A stretch of DNA of 46,228 nt, counting the filler, from Catajapyx aquilonaris (taxonomy: Eukaryota), in NCBI GenBank assembly GCA_000934665.2. It is 2 parts of 2 records of this genome, joined end to end, with 100 filler letters (N's around TTAATTAATTAA, not from the genome) between each part and the next. Parts side by side here need not be neighbours in the genome. Positions count along the whole stretch, not along the records: positions 1 to 23,064 come from JYFJ02005754.1; 1 more part is not named here. One strand, 5' to 3'. The position numbers and the translations under genes were made by a program. The notes beneath the pieces were generated by a model. It was not told the DNA's origin and did no database searches. It saw nothing but the letters and a program-made list of their open reading frames with translations. Shown piece by piece: positions 1 to 10,590 of the stretch. Each line of letters starts with the position of its first letter. Within the stretch, counting starts at the first letter, position 1.

Positions 1-669
1 GTACAAAAAAAATACACGCGTACATGGGTTGCTTATGGAAATCGTAGTCTTTTTCCATACTATGGGGGTCCCTGACAGTTTGTTAGACTCAGAAGAATTC
101 ATATATTTTAAAGCCGAGGAATATTTGGTTTTAAATGTTGAAAAAAGTCAAATCACCAAAAATGCGAAAAAACGCGATTTTACCCGCAAGATTAGGCTTT
201 TGCACACGCGTACTAGGGTTGCATAGGAAAGTTCTACTATTATTCCTTGATTGTAGGGTCTCTAAAGAGCCCATTACGCTACACTTTTTTTTAAAAAAAA
301 GTCCATACACTGTTCCCCAAAAATTGACGAAAAAGTACCAAAAATCGGAATTTTTTCCATAAAAAGGACCCTGGAAAACCACAGTTTCTATAAAAGATTG
401 ACTTTAAACACCATAGTGGCTTCAGACTAGACCCAGGTAACACCCAATGCCAGCAAAAACAAAATCCGAAACTTACAGTGGTTGCCAGACCTGGAAATAG
501 GCCAAAAAACGTCAATATTTTGAATTTTTCGCATTTTTGGTCACCCTGACCCACTGCAGATTTTGGGAGAGAAATCCCGGGCGTTTCCCAGCTACTTTGG
601 GTCCTACTAACATGATGTGCATAGTGGTTTCCGAATAACACGCCGAAAGTTTTTTTTTGTTGCGCTGTG
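1..669. mobile_element. Probable end of a non-autonomous DNA transposon (left end outside the window)
   Basis: A/T-run-rich non-coding sequence ending ...GTTTTTTTTTGTTGCGCTGTG|TA, which resembles a TIR followed by a TA target site. The partner end is not visible. Confidence 0.35.
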
Positions 670-754
670 TAATCAAATTGAATGTAAAAAGTATTCAGTT
701 AATTACCAATGATATTTTTGATTTCCAGGCTGTTTTTTGGTCTTCCCGATCGAA

Positions 755-958
755 ATGTCTGACAATGGAGTGGGGATGAGTCCCGTGGCTGTGGTGGGCA
801 TCGTTGTCGTGTGCACAACTCTGGTGGGCACCCTAGTGCTGTGCTACATTTGTGCCTTTCGCACCCTGTGTTGCAAGACCAAGAAGAGACGCAACCGTAC
901 CAAATCCACGCAAGCCGACAGCACCAAAATGGAAACGTTCACGGAACGTCTGCCATGA
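755..958 (+). CDS. Small single-pass membrane protein (67 aa) or terminal coding exon
   Basis: MSDNGVGMSPVAVVGIVVVCTTLVGTLVLCYICAFRTLCCKTKKRRNR...: hydrophobic helix, then a Cys pair and a basic stop-transfer stretch. GC-rich island preceded by acceptor TTTGATTTCCAG (ends 729). Confidence 0.6.
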   Translation: MSDNGVGMSPVAVVGIVVVCTTLVGTLVLCYICAFRTLCCKTKKRRNRTKSTQADSTKMETFTERLP

Positions 959-1258
959 CCATTCACTTCCCAATCTTTTACCTTCTGACCTACATAAAGT
1001 TGAGATGAATTTTAAAATGTGATGTTGTTTAGTACTTAATAGACATCCGCACCCACGTACCTTTTCGTGGCCTTTGCTTTTTATGGTTATGAAAGTCAAG
1101 ATCCAGATAATTTTTTTGGCCACTTTAATTCCAGGCACAGTGTGTAATTCACTCAAACAAAATATCACTTGAAACATTCTTGAATCAAATTTTATTACAG
1201 TACAATCTCGATTATCCAGAATCAAGGAGCTGATAGGTTTTTGGATAATACGTACGTA

Positions 1259-1847
1259 CAGTGCTGGACACAATAGCATATAACAAGTGTAAACAACGAC
1301 TTTGGCGTTACCTGGCAACTGGTCGTGTTCGGACATCGTCATGTGGAGAGTGCTTAGCGTTCTTTCTGTCGTTGCCACTGTTTACAGGTAGCGATTGATG
1401 CTGGGACGAAGGGTGTGTGCATGCTTACCAATGCATGGCATCGGAATAAGCGGGCTGAGGGGGATATTATTTTGAGAAGGCGATTCGTTATTATCACACT
1501 ATTGTCACTTTCCAGTATTAGTCAGGATGCATGGAGTTACTGAATGATCGGGAAGGAGTCCGGTACATGCTCTTGTCTGCCAATTTAATGTAAGGTCCAC
1601 ATTGAATGTCATCCACTCCCAATCAAGTCCAGTGTAACGGATGAAAGGGGAGTAGTGGGTGGGCATTGGTAAGCATGCACACACCCTTCGCTACAGGTCG
1701 CCCAGCATCAATCGCTACCTGTAAACAGTGGCAACGACAGAAAGAACGCTAAGCACTCTCCACATGATGATGTCCGAACACGCCCAGTTGCCAGGTAACG
1801 CCAAAGTCGTTGTTTACACTTGTTATATGCTATTATGTCCAGCACTG
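1259..1847. mobile_element. MITE with about 180-bp TIRs, TA-flanked (Tc1/mariner-type)
   Basis: 1259-1435 is the near-perfect reverse complement of about 1663-1847. Ends CAGTGCTGGACA...TGTCCAGCACTG, with TACGTA on both sides. Confidence 0.9.
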
Positions 1848-2466
1848 TACGTATATGCCCTGTCTATATCGTATAGGCTATCAAGATTGCAGTGGTTCTT
1901 TGTCCATTACCAGCATGGCATAAGGCTGTACAGTGTACACATATAAACGTGCAGTGTAAAGAGGAGCCAGTGAGTAGAAAATGACACTATCCCAAAATTG
2001 TCATGAAAGACACGGCGGAAACACAATGATAAGCCCTCAGGATGGTCATCACCAGGATTCTCATCTAGAACCCGAATGGCATCATCAACACCTAACCAGT
2101 AAATGCGAAAGCCTGAGTTTTCCTAATCGTGCTTGTAAGTTCGGATACGCTGTTTCGACTAGAAGAAGAAGAATTGTGGGAGGAAAGGGTAGAACCCCAA
2201 GTAAACTCACGCCAGCACACAGTAGGCCAGGGCGCGGGGTTACTTGTCCAAAACTCCCCCTTGTCGTTCCTATTGCAATACAAGCACGAAAATTTCACAA
2301 CATGGCATGTTGACCGTGTAAATATTGGGAGCCTATAAATTGCATGACTGATGTACAGGGTGTAACGAAAGTCATTAGCATCTAAGTAGGCAGAAATTTT
2401 ATTCCCTCTATTTATCAACTGGTAATACCTTGCTGGTAGGTAGGTACGAAGGTCACATTTAAAGTA

Positions 2467-2833
2467 AAGGCATATTCATATTAAAGGCCATTTCGGCGAC
2501 GGGATGCTGCTAGTTCCTTCATGCTGATTGTGTATGGCCATTCGATAGCATAGAAGGGGTACTCAATTAGGTGCATTACAAAAATACTACGTATGCAACT
2601 ATTGCAGTGATCACTAAGCAAGTAACGAATGTAACGCCAGTCATAACATACAAATCGGAGTATAGGCCTACATATAGGTATGCAGTGTGTGCAGGTATCA
2701 AGGCAGGTAGCGTATAGTTGAAACCCCCCTCACCCTGTCACCTATCTCAGTTCTGCCGGAATTTATGCAATGTTTCTGGCTTAGCTGTATGTAACGTCAT
2801 ACTACCGCCGAATTCACTGTGTGAATATGCCTT
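2467..2833. mobile_element. Old degenerate MITE
   Basis: Inverted termini AAGGCATATTCA...TGAATATGCCTT with partial subterminal complementarity. Confidence 0.4.
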
Positions 2834-3674
2834 TTTTCATAACCATAAGTAAATAGCCCTACTATGCGGACCTATTCTTCTCTACACCAGGTAACCAGAG
2901 CACTCAGCGGTATTTTCACAGAAATATCGATATCAGCTGGATTTGAGGGTCCTAAAGTCATTTCAGATCTGTATTCGTTTTGGGACACCCTGTAGAACTG
3001 CATGCACGCACATTTTGCGAACATTAACCTGTGGCTGTTGTCTGAGGAAGATTTTCAACCAATGTCTAGCCTCTTACTGCACTCGCACACAAACTACCAA
3101 AGTCCAGAGCCCGAGCGCGCCTCCCCAGCCCACTGACGCATTTCGCACGGTCGTATTGATGGGACAATATCTCAAAAAGGAGCAATTTTGAGCAAAGGAA
3201 AACTGTTGCACCCACTTCCCCAAGGTTTTCTGACCCTTGTGACACTAAAATATATGGTGACTTTTGGGGACTTTTTAAAATAAAGTTTACAGTGTGAAAG
3301 AGAGGGTCATTAATCTGCACCGCCACATTACCTGAAATTTTTCTTAATCAACATCTCCAACATTGAAGTCATATTCAATTTACCATTACTTAAAAGGAAC
3401 CAATACGTCATATTGAGCCAATATTTTTTGCTGTGATCAATAATTTTCTCCACATTAAAATCACAAACATGAAGAATTTCATTAGCAATTTCAGACATTC
3501 TGAAAATCTTTTCAGAGCTTTAATTTTTTCTGGCGCCCATGCACATCAGGCTACTTACAGAACTGCAGGGAAAGGTCCTCAGGTTTTGTCGATTTGAAAA
3601 GCATATATTTCTATCCGATTTTTAAAAGTCGCATTTTTTGACATTATGGCCAAGTAACCTGTCCGCCTGGCCTA

Positions 3675-3773
3675 CTGGGAGAGAACCCGTTGAAATCCTT
3701 TCCACTCGAGAGATTCCTATGTCCGATCGGACTCGGGACCTCAGAGGTGGAAAGCTATGTCACTAACCATTAC
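3675..3773 (-). mobile_element. Degenerate fragment of tRNA-derived SINE family 1
   Basis: GGAGAGAACCC...ACTCGGGACCTCAGAGGTGGAA...CTAACCA matches the copies at 4917-5179 and 28643-28913. Confidence 0.6.
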
Positions 3774-3994
3774 CGTATATCACCTGGTATTGAGTCATGT
3801 TAGGAGTCGCTGGCCCCTAAGAGCAACACTAAGAGCAATACTTAGTGCAGTGCTGCAGTGCTGGAGGGGGTTAGAGTCAGTTGCAGTTGCATGATTGAAA
3901 GTAAATCCAGAACAAAATATTAACCATACACGCGAATACCATGGACATGCTAGGGTCAAACCCCTAAATAGGCCATTGGCGGAAAAAAACGACC

Positions 3995-4120
3995 ATACCT
4001 AGGTCCAGTAGTTTCAAACCAGCCAGACCTATAGGTCTAGTCGTTTCAAACCAGCCGGAACTAGGTCTGGTCGTTTTGAAACAGACAGAACTATTTATCG
4101 TACTTTTCGAAACAGCCAGG
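3995..4120. repeat. Minisatellite, about 30-32 bp x4
   Basis: CTAGGTCT(A/G)GTCGTTTCAAACCAGCC-like unit; cores at 4011, 4043, 4073 and 4103. Confidence 0.7.
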
Positions 4121-4217
4121 ACGTGTTTTGGACTCAGAACGCGTTGCGGCAGCTTCTGCCTTTCCACTATGCAATGTAGATGCTTAAAATTAAGTGATTA
4201 ATTCTTAATCAAATTAA

Positions 4218-4505
4218 CCCTGGTATGGTGCCGTGGGGTCTTTTCGGACCCCAAAGGAATTAAAATGCATTAAAATTACAATTACAATGAACTGTTTGCC
4301 ATTTTAAAAAGTATATAACAGGAAGTGCAGGTTTATTTTTGAATTAGCGATCATTTTAGGCATTGTTCAAAGAATGATTGTATATAGTCAATACATTGAA
4401 AGGTATTATATAAAAATTAATAAAAATTAAAATATGGATGGGGGTCCTAAAAGACCCCACGGCACGGTTCCCGTGACTTATTTCAGGCACGACACGGTTC
4501 CAGGG
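4218..4505. mobile_element. piggyBac-type MITE
   Basis: TTAA|CCCTGG...CCAGGG|TTAA, plus subterminal inverted repeat GTGCCGTGGGGTCTTTTCGGACCCC / GGGGTCCTAAAAGACCCCACGGCAC. Confidence 0.8.
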
Positions 4506-4642
4506 TTAATTCATTATATTGAATTAAACTTATTATTAATTAAATTAATACGTGTTCTTACAGGTACTCTTACCCTTTATAATAATTATTAATAATAATA
4601 ATGGATATTGTATGTACTTTCTTAATGGATACTTTTTCTTAA

Positions 4643-4902
4643 GAGCCTTTCGCAATCGTCCTGGGGGTGGTGAGGGGTGGGTAGTCAGGTGGGGTTTGGG
4701 CGGGAGGGGAGGAAAAACCGGTTCTGGGGCTGAGTTTCGGGCTCAGAATCGGTTTTTCCTCCCCTCCCGCCCAAATCCCTACTGACTACCCACCGCTACC
4801 CACGGAGGCTTGAGTCATCCAAGCACATACTGTGCTTGGATGACTCAAGCCTCCGTGTGACTACCCACCTCTCACTACCCCCAGGACGATTGCGAAAGGC
4901 TC
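4643..4902. mobile_element. Foldback (palindromic) MITE with a nested 27-bp perfect hairpin
   Basis: TTAA|GAGCCTTTCGCAATCGTCCTGGGGGT ... ACCCCCAGGACGATTGCGAAAGGCTC|TTAA. Internal palindrome centred near 4735; second hairpin at 4801-4857. Confidence 0.85.
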
Positions 4903-4916
4903 TTAAGAGTGTGAAC

Positions 4917-5179
4917 AGACAATACCCCGCGATAGGCCTCCTTGGCACCTTGGGCCTCTTAGGGGATTATCTTTTCGCGAACCGTCTCTAATCATTGCCT
5001 GTGCTGTGATGGATTTTGATAGTGGGAGGAAATGGGAGAACCCCGAGAAAAGCCACTCGAACACGGAGAAAACCCATCGAAACTCTATCCACATGTATCC
5101 TCCGTCCGACCTGGAGATCGAACTCGGTATCTCAGAGGGGGAAGGCTGCGGCGCTAACCACTACGCCACCGTGTCGCCC
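4917..5179 (-). mobile_element. tRNA-derived SINE (family 1)
   Basis: Minus strand begins GGGCGACACGGTGGCGTAGTGGTTAGCG (A box) ... GAGTTCGATCTCC (B box). Full-length homolog at 28643-28913. Confidence 0.85.
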
Positions 5180-5198
5180 TCTCTTACCTTGTATTAAC

Positions 5199-5455
5199 AA
5201 TTGAAGGGGTCGGTGCAATACTGCCCTAACCCTCCCAAACCTGATTTTGAGAAAACTGCAGTTGAAAGTTTGAGAGGCCATATACATCCCATATACCATG
5301 TGACTTATTTCATTTGATTTCTCAGTGACCGATGGCAGAAACTGCACAATTTCAATGGATTTTATTAGATACATGAGTGTAGTACATGGAAGTGTGCTTA
5401 ACTCAATTTGTGTCATTTGGTGGGTTAGGGCGGTATTGCACCGACCCCTTCAATT
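5199..5455. mobile_element. MITE
   Basis: About 35-bp TIRs AATTGAAGGGGTCGGTGCAATACTGCCCTAACCC / GGGTTAGGGCGGTATTGCACCGACCCCTTCAATT. Confidence 0.85.
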
Positions 5456-5849
5456 ATTACCCATCTTATTACAGGACCTAATACCCTGTCACAGGGTAGA
5501 CGTTAATGGTCAGGAAAAGGAGCTTACTGGTCAGGAAGTTCTCGGATAAGGAAATAATGCAGTGGAAGTGTATTAAATTCTCATCTGTATATTGCCACCA
5601 TTAAGATCTGTACAACATGCCACGTGCCCCCAAAATCCATGAACATCTGTTGCTCACATACGTACACACAGGCCCCGTTATCTCACTCCCCCCCTGCACA
5701 GGTAGCCAGGCCCAGATAATCTCCCATTATTTCACCCCAAAAGATCACAAGTGTTTTTTGCCCAAATTCAAATTTAAAATTTCAATTCGTAGAAATTTTG
5801 TTGATCTTTTCCTTATCCTGCACTGACATGATTGTTATTTATTTATATA

Positions 5850-6090
5850 TTTATTCATTTATACCCCATTGGGAGAATCGGCGCTCCATTAGGGGGGTGG
5901 AGTACCACCATTGGATGGGGCCAAGGATAGGGAAGGAAGGAAGCGGCTGTGACCTATTATACAGAAACAACCCTGTAATTATCTTGGGGGGACCATGGAA
6001 AACCACAGAAAACCACAGAAAACCACGGTCAGGGTTGCCGGCCCTGGGATTCGAAACCAGGACCTCCCGATTAGCAGTCGGGATCCTTAA
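5850..6090 (-). mobile_element. tRNA-derived SINE (family 2, resembling insect Lm1/Talua type), head cut at TTAA
   Basis: Minus strand has B box GGTTTCGAATCCC, then CCTGACCGTGGTTTTCTGTGGTTTT core and an A-rich tail. Confidence 0.7.
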
Positions 6091-7464
6091 CCCTTTGCTG
6101 CCTACGGCCATCATATGATTTCCGAGCTTGCATTGCTGGAGGGCCTACGGCCATCATATGATGTCCGAAGATTTGCCCTGCCAACTTGGGTCATTTTTCA
6201 ACGCAAAAAATTCCAACCTCACCGATTTTCTTGAAATTCGGTGCATTGGTAGCCCACCCCAAGGGATGAAAAACGCACCTATAGTGACCTGATAAAAATG
6301 ACCTCGTGACCCAATTTTGAGGGGGCAGAGGTCAAATCAGAAAATTCCGACCTCACCGATTTTCTTCAAATTCGGTGCATTGGTAGCCCACACCAAGGGA
6401 TGAGAAACGCACCTATAGTTACCTGATCAAAATGACCTCGTGACCCAATTTTGAGGGGGGCAGAGGTCAAATTTCGACCTCACCGGATTTTCTTCAAATT
6501 CGGTGCATTGGTAGCCCACATCAAGGGATGAAAAACGCACATATAGTGACCTGATCAAAATGACCCTGTGACCCAATTTTGAGGGGGCCAGAGGTCAAAT
6601 CATAAAATTCCGACCTCGCCGATTTTCTTCAAATTCGGTCCATTGGTGGCCCACACCAAGGTATGACAAACGCACCTATAGTTCCCTGCTCGAAATGACC
6701 CTGTGACCCATATTGGAGGGGGGCAGAGGTCAAATTTCGACCTCACCGATTTTTTTGAAATTCGGTGCATTGGTAGCCCACCCCAAGGGATGAAAAACGC
6801 ACCTATAGTGACCTGATAAAAGTGACCCTGTGACCCAATTTTGAGGGGGGCAGAGGTCAAATCATAAAATTCCGACCTCGCCGATTTTATTCAAATTCGG
6901 TGCATTAGTAGCCCACACCAAGGGATGACAAACCCACCTATAGTTCCCTGCTCGACATGACCCTGTGACCCATATTGGAGGGGACATATGTCAATGCGCC
7001 GAATTTCAAGAAAATTTGTGACTGGCACTTGCAAAGTCTCCCTTGTGATTCACTAAGGCGGGTAGTACGTGTACGCAAAAAATGTAAGTGTGTAACCCCC
7101 GAATTTCAAGAAAATCGGTGAGGTTGGAATTTGACCTCTGCCCTCCTCAGAATTAGGTCACGAGGTCCTTTAGATCAGGTAACTATAGGTGCGTTTCTCA
7201 TCCCTTGGGGTGGGCCAATGCACCGAATTTCAAGAAAATCGGTGAGGTCCAAATTTTATGATTTGACCTCTGCCCCTCTCAAAATTGTGTCACGAGGTCA
7301 TTTTGATCAGGTAACTATAGGTGCGTTTTTCATCCCTTGGTGTGGGCTACCAATGCACCGAATTTGAAGAAAATCGGCGAGGTCATAAAATTTCCGGAAA
7401 AGGGGGGGAAAAAAACTCAGGCCCTGGGGTAATGCAAGCCTTCAAAAACTCCGTCATCAAAGGG
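6091..7464. mobile_element. piggyBac-like non-autonomous element containing a tandem and inverted repeat array
   Basis: TTAA|CCCTTTGCTG ... CATCAAAGGG|TTAA. Left subterminal direct repeat CCTACGGCCATCATATGAT x2. Confidence 0.6.
6208..7385. repeat. About 127/135-bp satellite-like array: 6 direct units, then about 2.3 inverted units
   Basis: Unit anchors at 6216, 6350, 6477, 6613, 6740 and 6875; reverse-complement copies at 7099-7385. Confidence 0.92.
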
Positions 7465-7589
7465 TTAAAATAATGGTACAAGCGGTATGACAAGCGGTCT
7501 GTGGTATGACACACATTGCATTTAATGGCTTACGCTAAAATATATTTCCTTGGTGATAATTTGCTTTACAGACATGAATTTACAATACC

Positions 7590-8251
7590 CAACGGTGAAG
7601 TTGAGCGCCTCCCCTGCCTGTTGTAGCACACCCAGTATCGGCGGTATGCGTCCTCCGTCCGGTACTGTCTGATTTCCCACCTGCTTCAAGGTGATGATGG
7701 GAGGATCCTGTCTACATGCCACACGCACTGCCTTGCCCATCAGGTTGATTCGGGATTGACGGTACATGTCGGCATTGGCCGGGTGCAGACCGTCGGGACC
7801 GTACCGTGCGACCACGGACGACTGGCGTTCTGACACGAGCAGAGGCGGTGCGTGTACATGTAGGTCCGAACCGGTCCAAGTGACGGCGAGTCTGTCGGTG
7901 ACATTCGTGCGAGACAACGTTGTTTCGGGCGTCTCGTCGTGTCTGACAAGCATCATCACGTAGTCCGAGTCTGATGACCAACGAGGTACGTCTGGTCCGA
8001 GTGTTGCGAACGTGTAGCACTCTTTGCGTCGAGTGGTGGTGACATTATGCGTGAGAATCACCGTCGGATTCCACCGGTTGTGACGACCAGCCAGCAGTTG
8101 AATGTACGGCTTTGGTAAACTCACGTAAACTAACACACAATCACTTAACACATTCTGCAGTAACCATTTGGTGAAGTCCGCCACCATCAGGTCACTGGTG
8201 TCACCACTTTGTACTGACACACAACAAAAGGACAACAAAGCATCGGTCCAT
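7590..8251 (-). pseudogene. Truncated divergent IR pseudogene (clade-1 paralog, exon 1 only)
   Basis: Homologous to 11745-12403. A +1 frameshift near 8208 gives MDRCFVVLLLCVSTKW*. The intron and exon 2 are deleted, and exon 1 is fused to sequence homologous to 10220-10320. Confidence 0.85.
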
Positions 8252-10590
8252 TGCTGTAGGCCTACACTGCGCTGTACATATACTGATGTATAATACTGAT
8301 GTATGTGATACCTGCCTTTTGCCCCTTCACACGGGGTGTTGTTTCGTTCATATTGCACACAACCGCCGGTAAAAAACGACGCCATTACGTGACATTTCGT
8401 CACTTTTTCCAGGAATTGATCATTAATTGCTTGGTGTAATTACCTTAAACTAAGGCCGTTCTCGGGGGAGCTACATATATTGTCTACTGTAGTAACCTAA
8501 TGGTGATGTACGGTCGATAAGTCATATTTCATGCGAGAGTTGCAGCAATTTTATTTTGTTATTGCACAAAACGTATGTCAGTTTGAATGCCGTTCCGTAC
8601 ATACCGTCAATGAACGTGTTCCATAATATGACCATTATATCCGCAAAAGCTTACGTACATTTCTAGTGTAATTTCCCCAGGGCGTACTGACACAGAGTCG
8701 TATCATCTTGGCAGAGGTGATAAATGATTGTACCGCTCACTTTGAATGGCTATTAATAATATGCTGCTTATTCTAACTACCGTCCCATATAGCACTTATA
8801 TCATAATTATATAGCATACACCATCAGTTGGAGGGTTGTGACTATGATGAAATGGAGATTAAGCTGTGTCGCATGATATGCTAAAAGGAAGTCTTCTGCG
8901 GATAGTTTTCAGGTCGAAGAGGTGTCGGTTGGATAAGGAATGTTGCTACCAAACGTACAAATTTTCCAACGAGATGATATTATATTCATTCTAAATATCG
9001 AAATAGACGATATTAATGTGAAATAGGCGGAAATAGGAGCAAAACCTCACTCACTCACTTTGGGGAGCGGCATAGCCTCTAGTGCTGTCCTCCTCTCTCA
9101 TCATTCTCTCCTTTTCCTCCTCCCATACCACATCCTGCAAAAATATCATGCAAGGCGACAGCATTATACTTTTAATTTAATTGTAATTTAAACACACTTT
9201 GGCTTGCTAATGAATGGCTTGTGAGCAGTGATAGACATAAATTATGTTTGCACACTCGCAGATGTGATGTTCCCTCCTAGTTACGGTATATCTTAATTGC
9301 TGTTGAAAATATATTACGGGATAAATTTGTACGCAGAATGTCGGGGGTAGGACACAATGATTGTGTGCTGTTGGTCGCTCTTTCTGCCCTCTGTCAGATT
9401 ACTGATAGGCTTTATGGAAATACAAGTACTTCTCACAGGCGTTGTCTTGGGCCACCATCAAAGCATCACATTCCTCTTTCAGAGCCTGTCTGTAATTTGT
9501 CCTAATTTCGTCGTTTGTATAATGTGCAATAGCTCGTAACGTCGAATATTTACACCTTACTGTACAACCTGTCGTCTTTGGCAGCTGACCAAACCTGTTA
9601 TTGGGCAGTGGTGGAACCTTTTTCCTGGCCCCATGCTCTTCACGTATATTTTGGTGTTTGTCCAGTATGACCTAATGGGGATTATTCAGTCCGCCTTCTT
9701 TTTATAGTGTCCAGTTGGACGGCCACTGCCCCTGCGCCTCCGGTGTGGAAGTCGTAGGGGCAAGAGCTATTTGGGTTCAGGTTGGCCCGATGTTTTTGTT
9801 GCCATTCTTTGCCTCCATCCATCAGCTCATATTCATTGAAGGCGTTTTCGTTCAACTACCGGAATTTGACAGCTGATTTCAAGGATTTCCTAAAATGTTG
9901 ATCTAGGTATTCCATACTATAACCGGAGGGGGTGGCGAATTGTTTATCGACCACCGTCACTCTTATCCTCCCAAACAGCGTCCCAAATCCTATGTTTGCC
10001 AATTCTGCCGGAGCCCTCTCGACGGCTTGCATTATGAGTGGTAGGAATTGTGGTGGCGGATTCTGGGCTGCCATCTTCTTCTGCAATAAATAGTCGCTTG
10101 CAAGATGGGAAAAAAGCAGTTCTCTGCAGCGTCCGTCTCTCTTCTTCCCATCTTCAGTAGGAAGTATATGGGTGCCATCCGCATGAAAAGTAGGCTACTC
10201 TATACAACTTGTCGTATTTGGTCTGTGATGTGACTCACAGTGTATGTATTAATCTTATGGTCTAAAATTTATTTCCTTGGTGTTAGTTGCTTGACAGACA
10301 TGCAGTTACAATAATAACGTACGGCTCCCAGAATTTTGCCGTTTGTCAAACTTATATGAGTACACTTTTTTCTCTTTGTTTCTATCTCCGCTAGTGAACC
10401 CCGTACTAAAACTGCCCTGGCCGACTGGCCATGTAGTACCATATCTCGCATATATGGCACATTCTTCCTCTTTGCACAGTACTGCCACTCTCTGTGGTAG
10501 CTGAGCGTAGATAATGACTCACGCCGGACAAACAGAGGGACAGGCTCATCCCAATTCTCCCTACAGAAAAAAACAATCAAACCGACTAAT

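Noticed and set aside
833..1946. Two ORFs with the same N-terminus (MATTERTLSTLHM...)
   Set aside because: Artefact of reading the two MITE arms on opposite strands.
1981..2418. ORFs of 69-110 aa
   Set aside because: No recognisable motifs or splice structure.
5100..5179. tRNA gene (also about 28840-28913 and 6040-6090)
   Set aside because: A/B boxes continue into shared SINE bodies and tails; no complete cloverleaf evident.
6208..7385. Regular repeat array as a CRISPR-like locus
   Set aside because: Whole units repeat with no unique spacers; eukaryotic context, no cas genes.
7522..8403. 293-aa ORF as a secreted, soluble IR ectodomain
   Set aside because: The homologous ATG and signal peptide are out of frame (stop after 16 codons). 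The long ORF starts in 5' flank and lacks a proper N-terminal signal.
8900..9083. Helitron 3' end (…GAGCGGCATAGCCTCTAGT)
   Set aside because: CTAG-T is present but the hairpin is weak and no 5' end was found.
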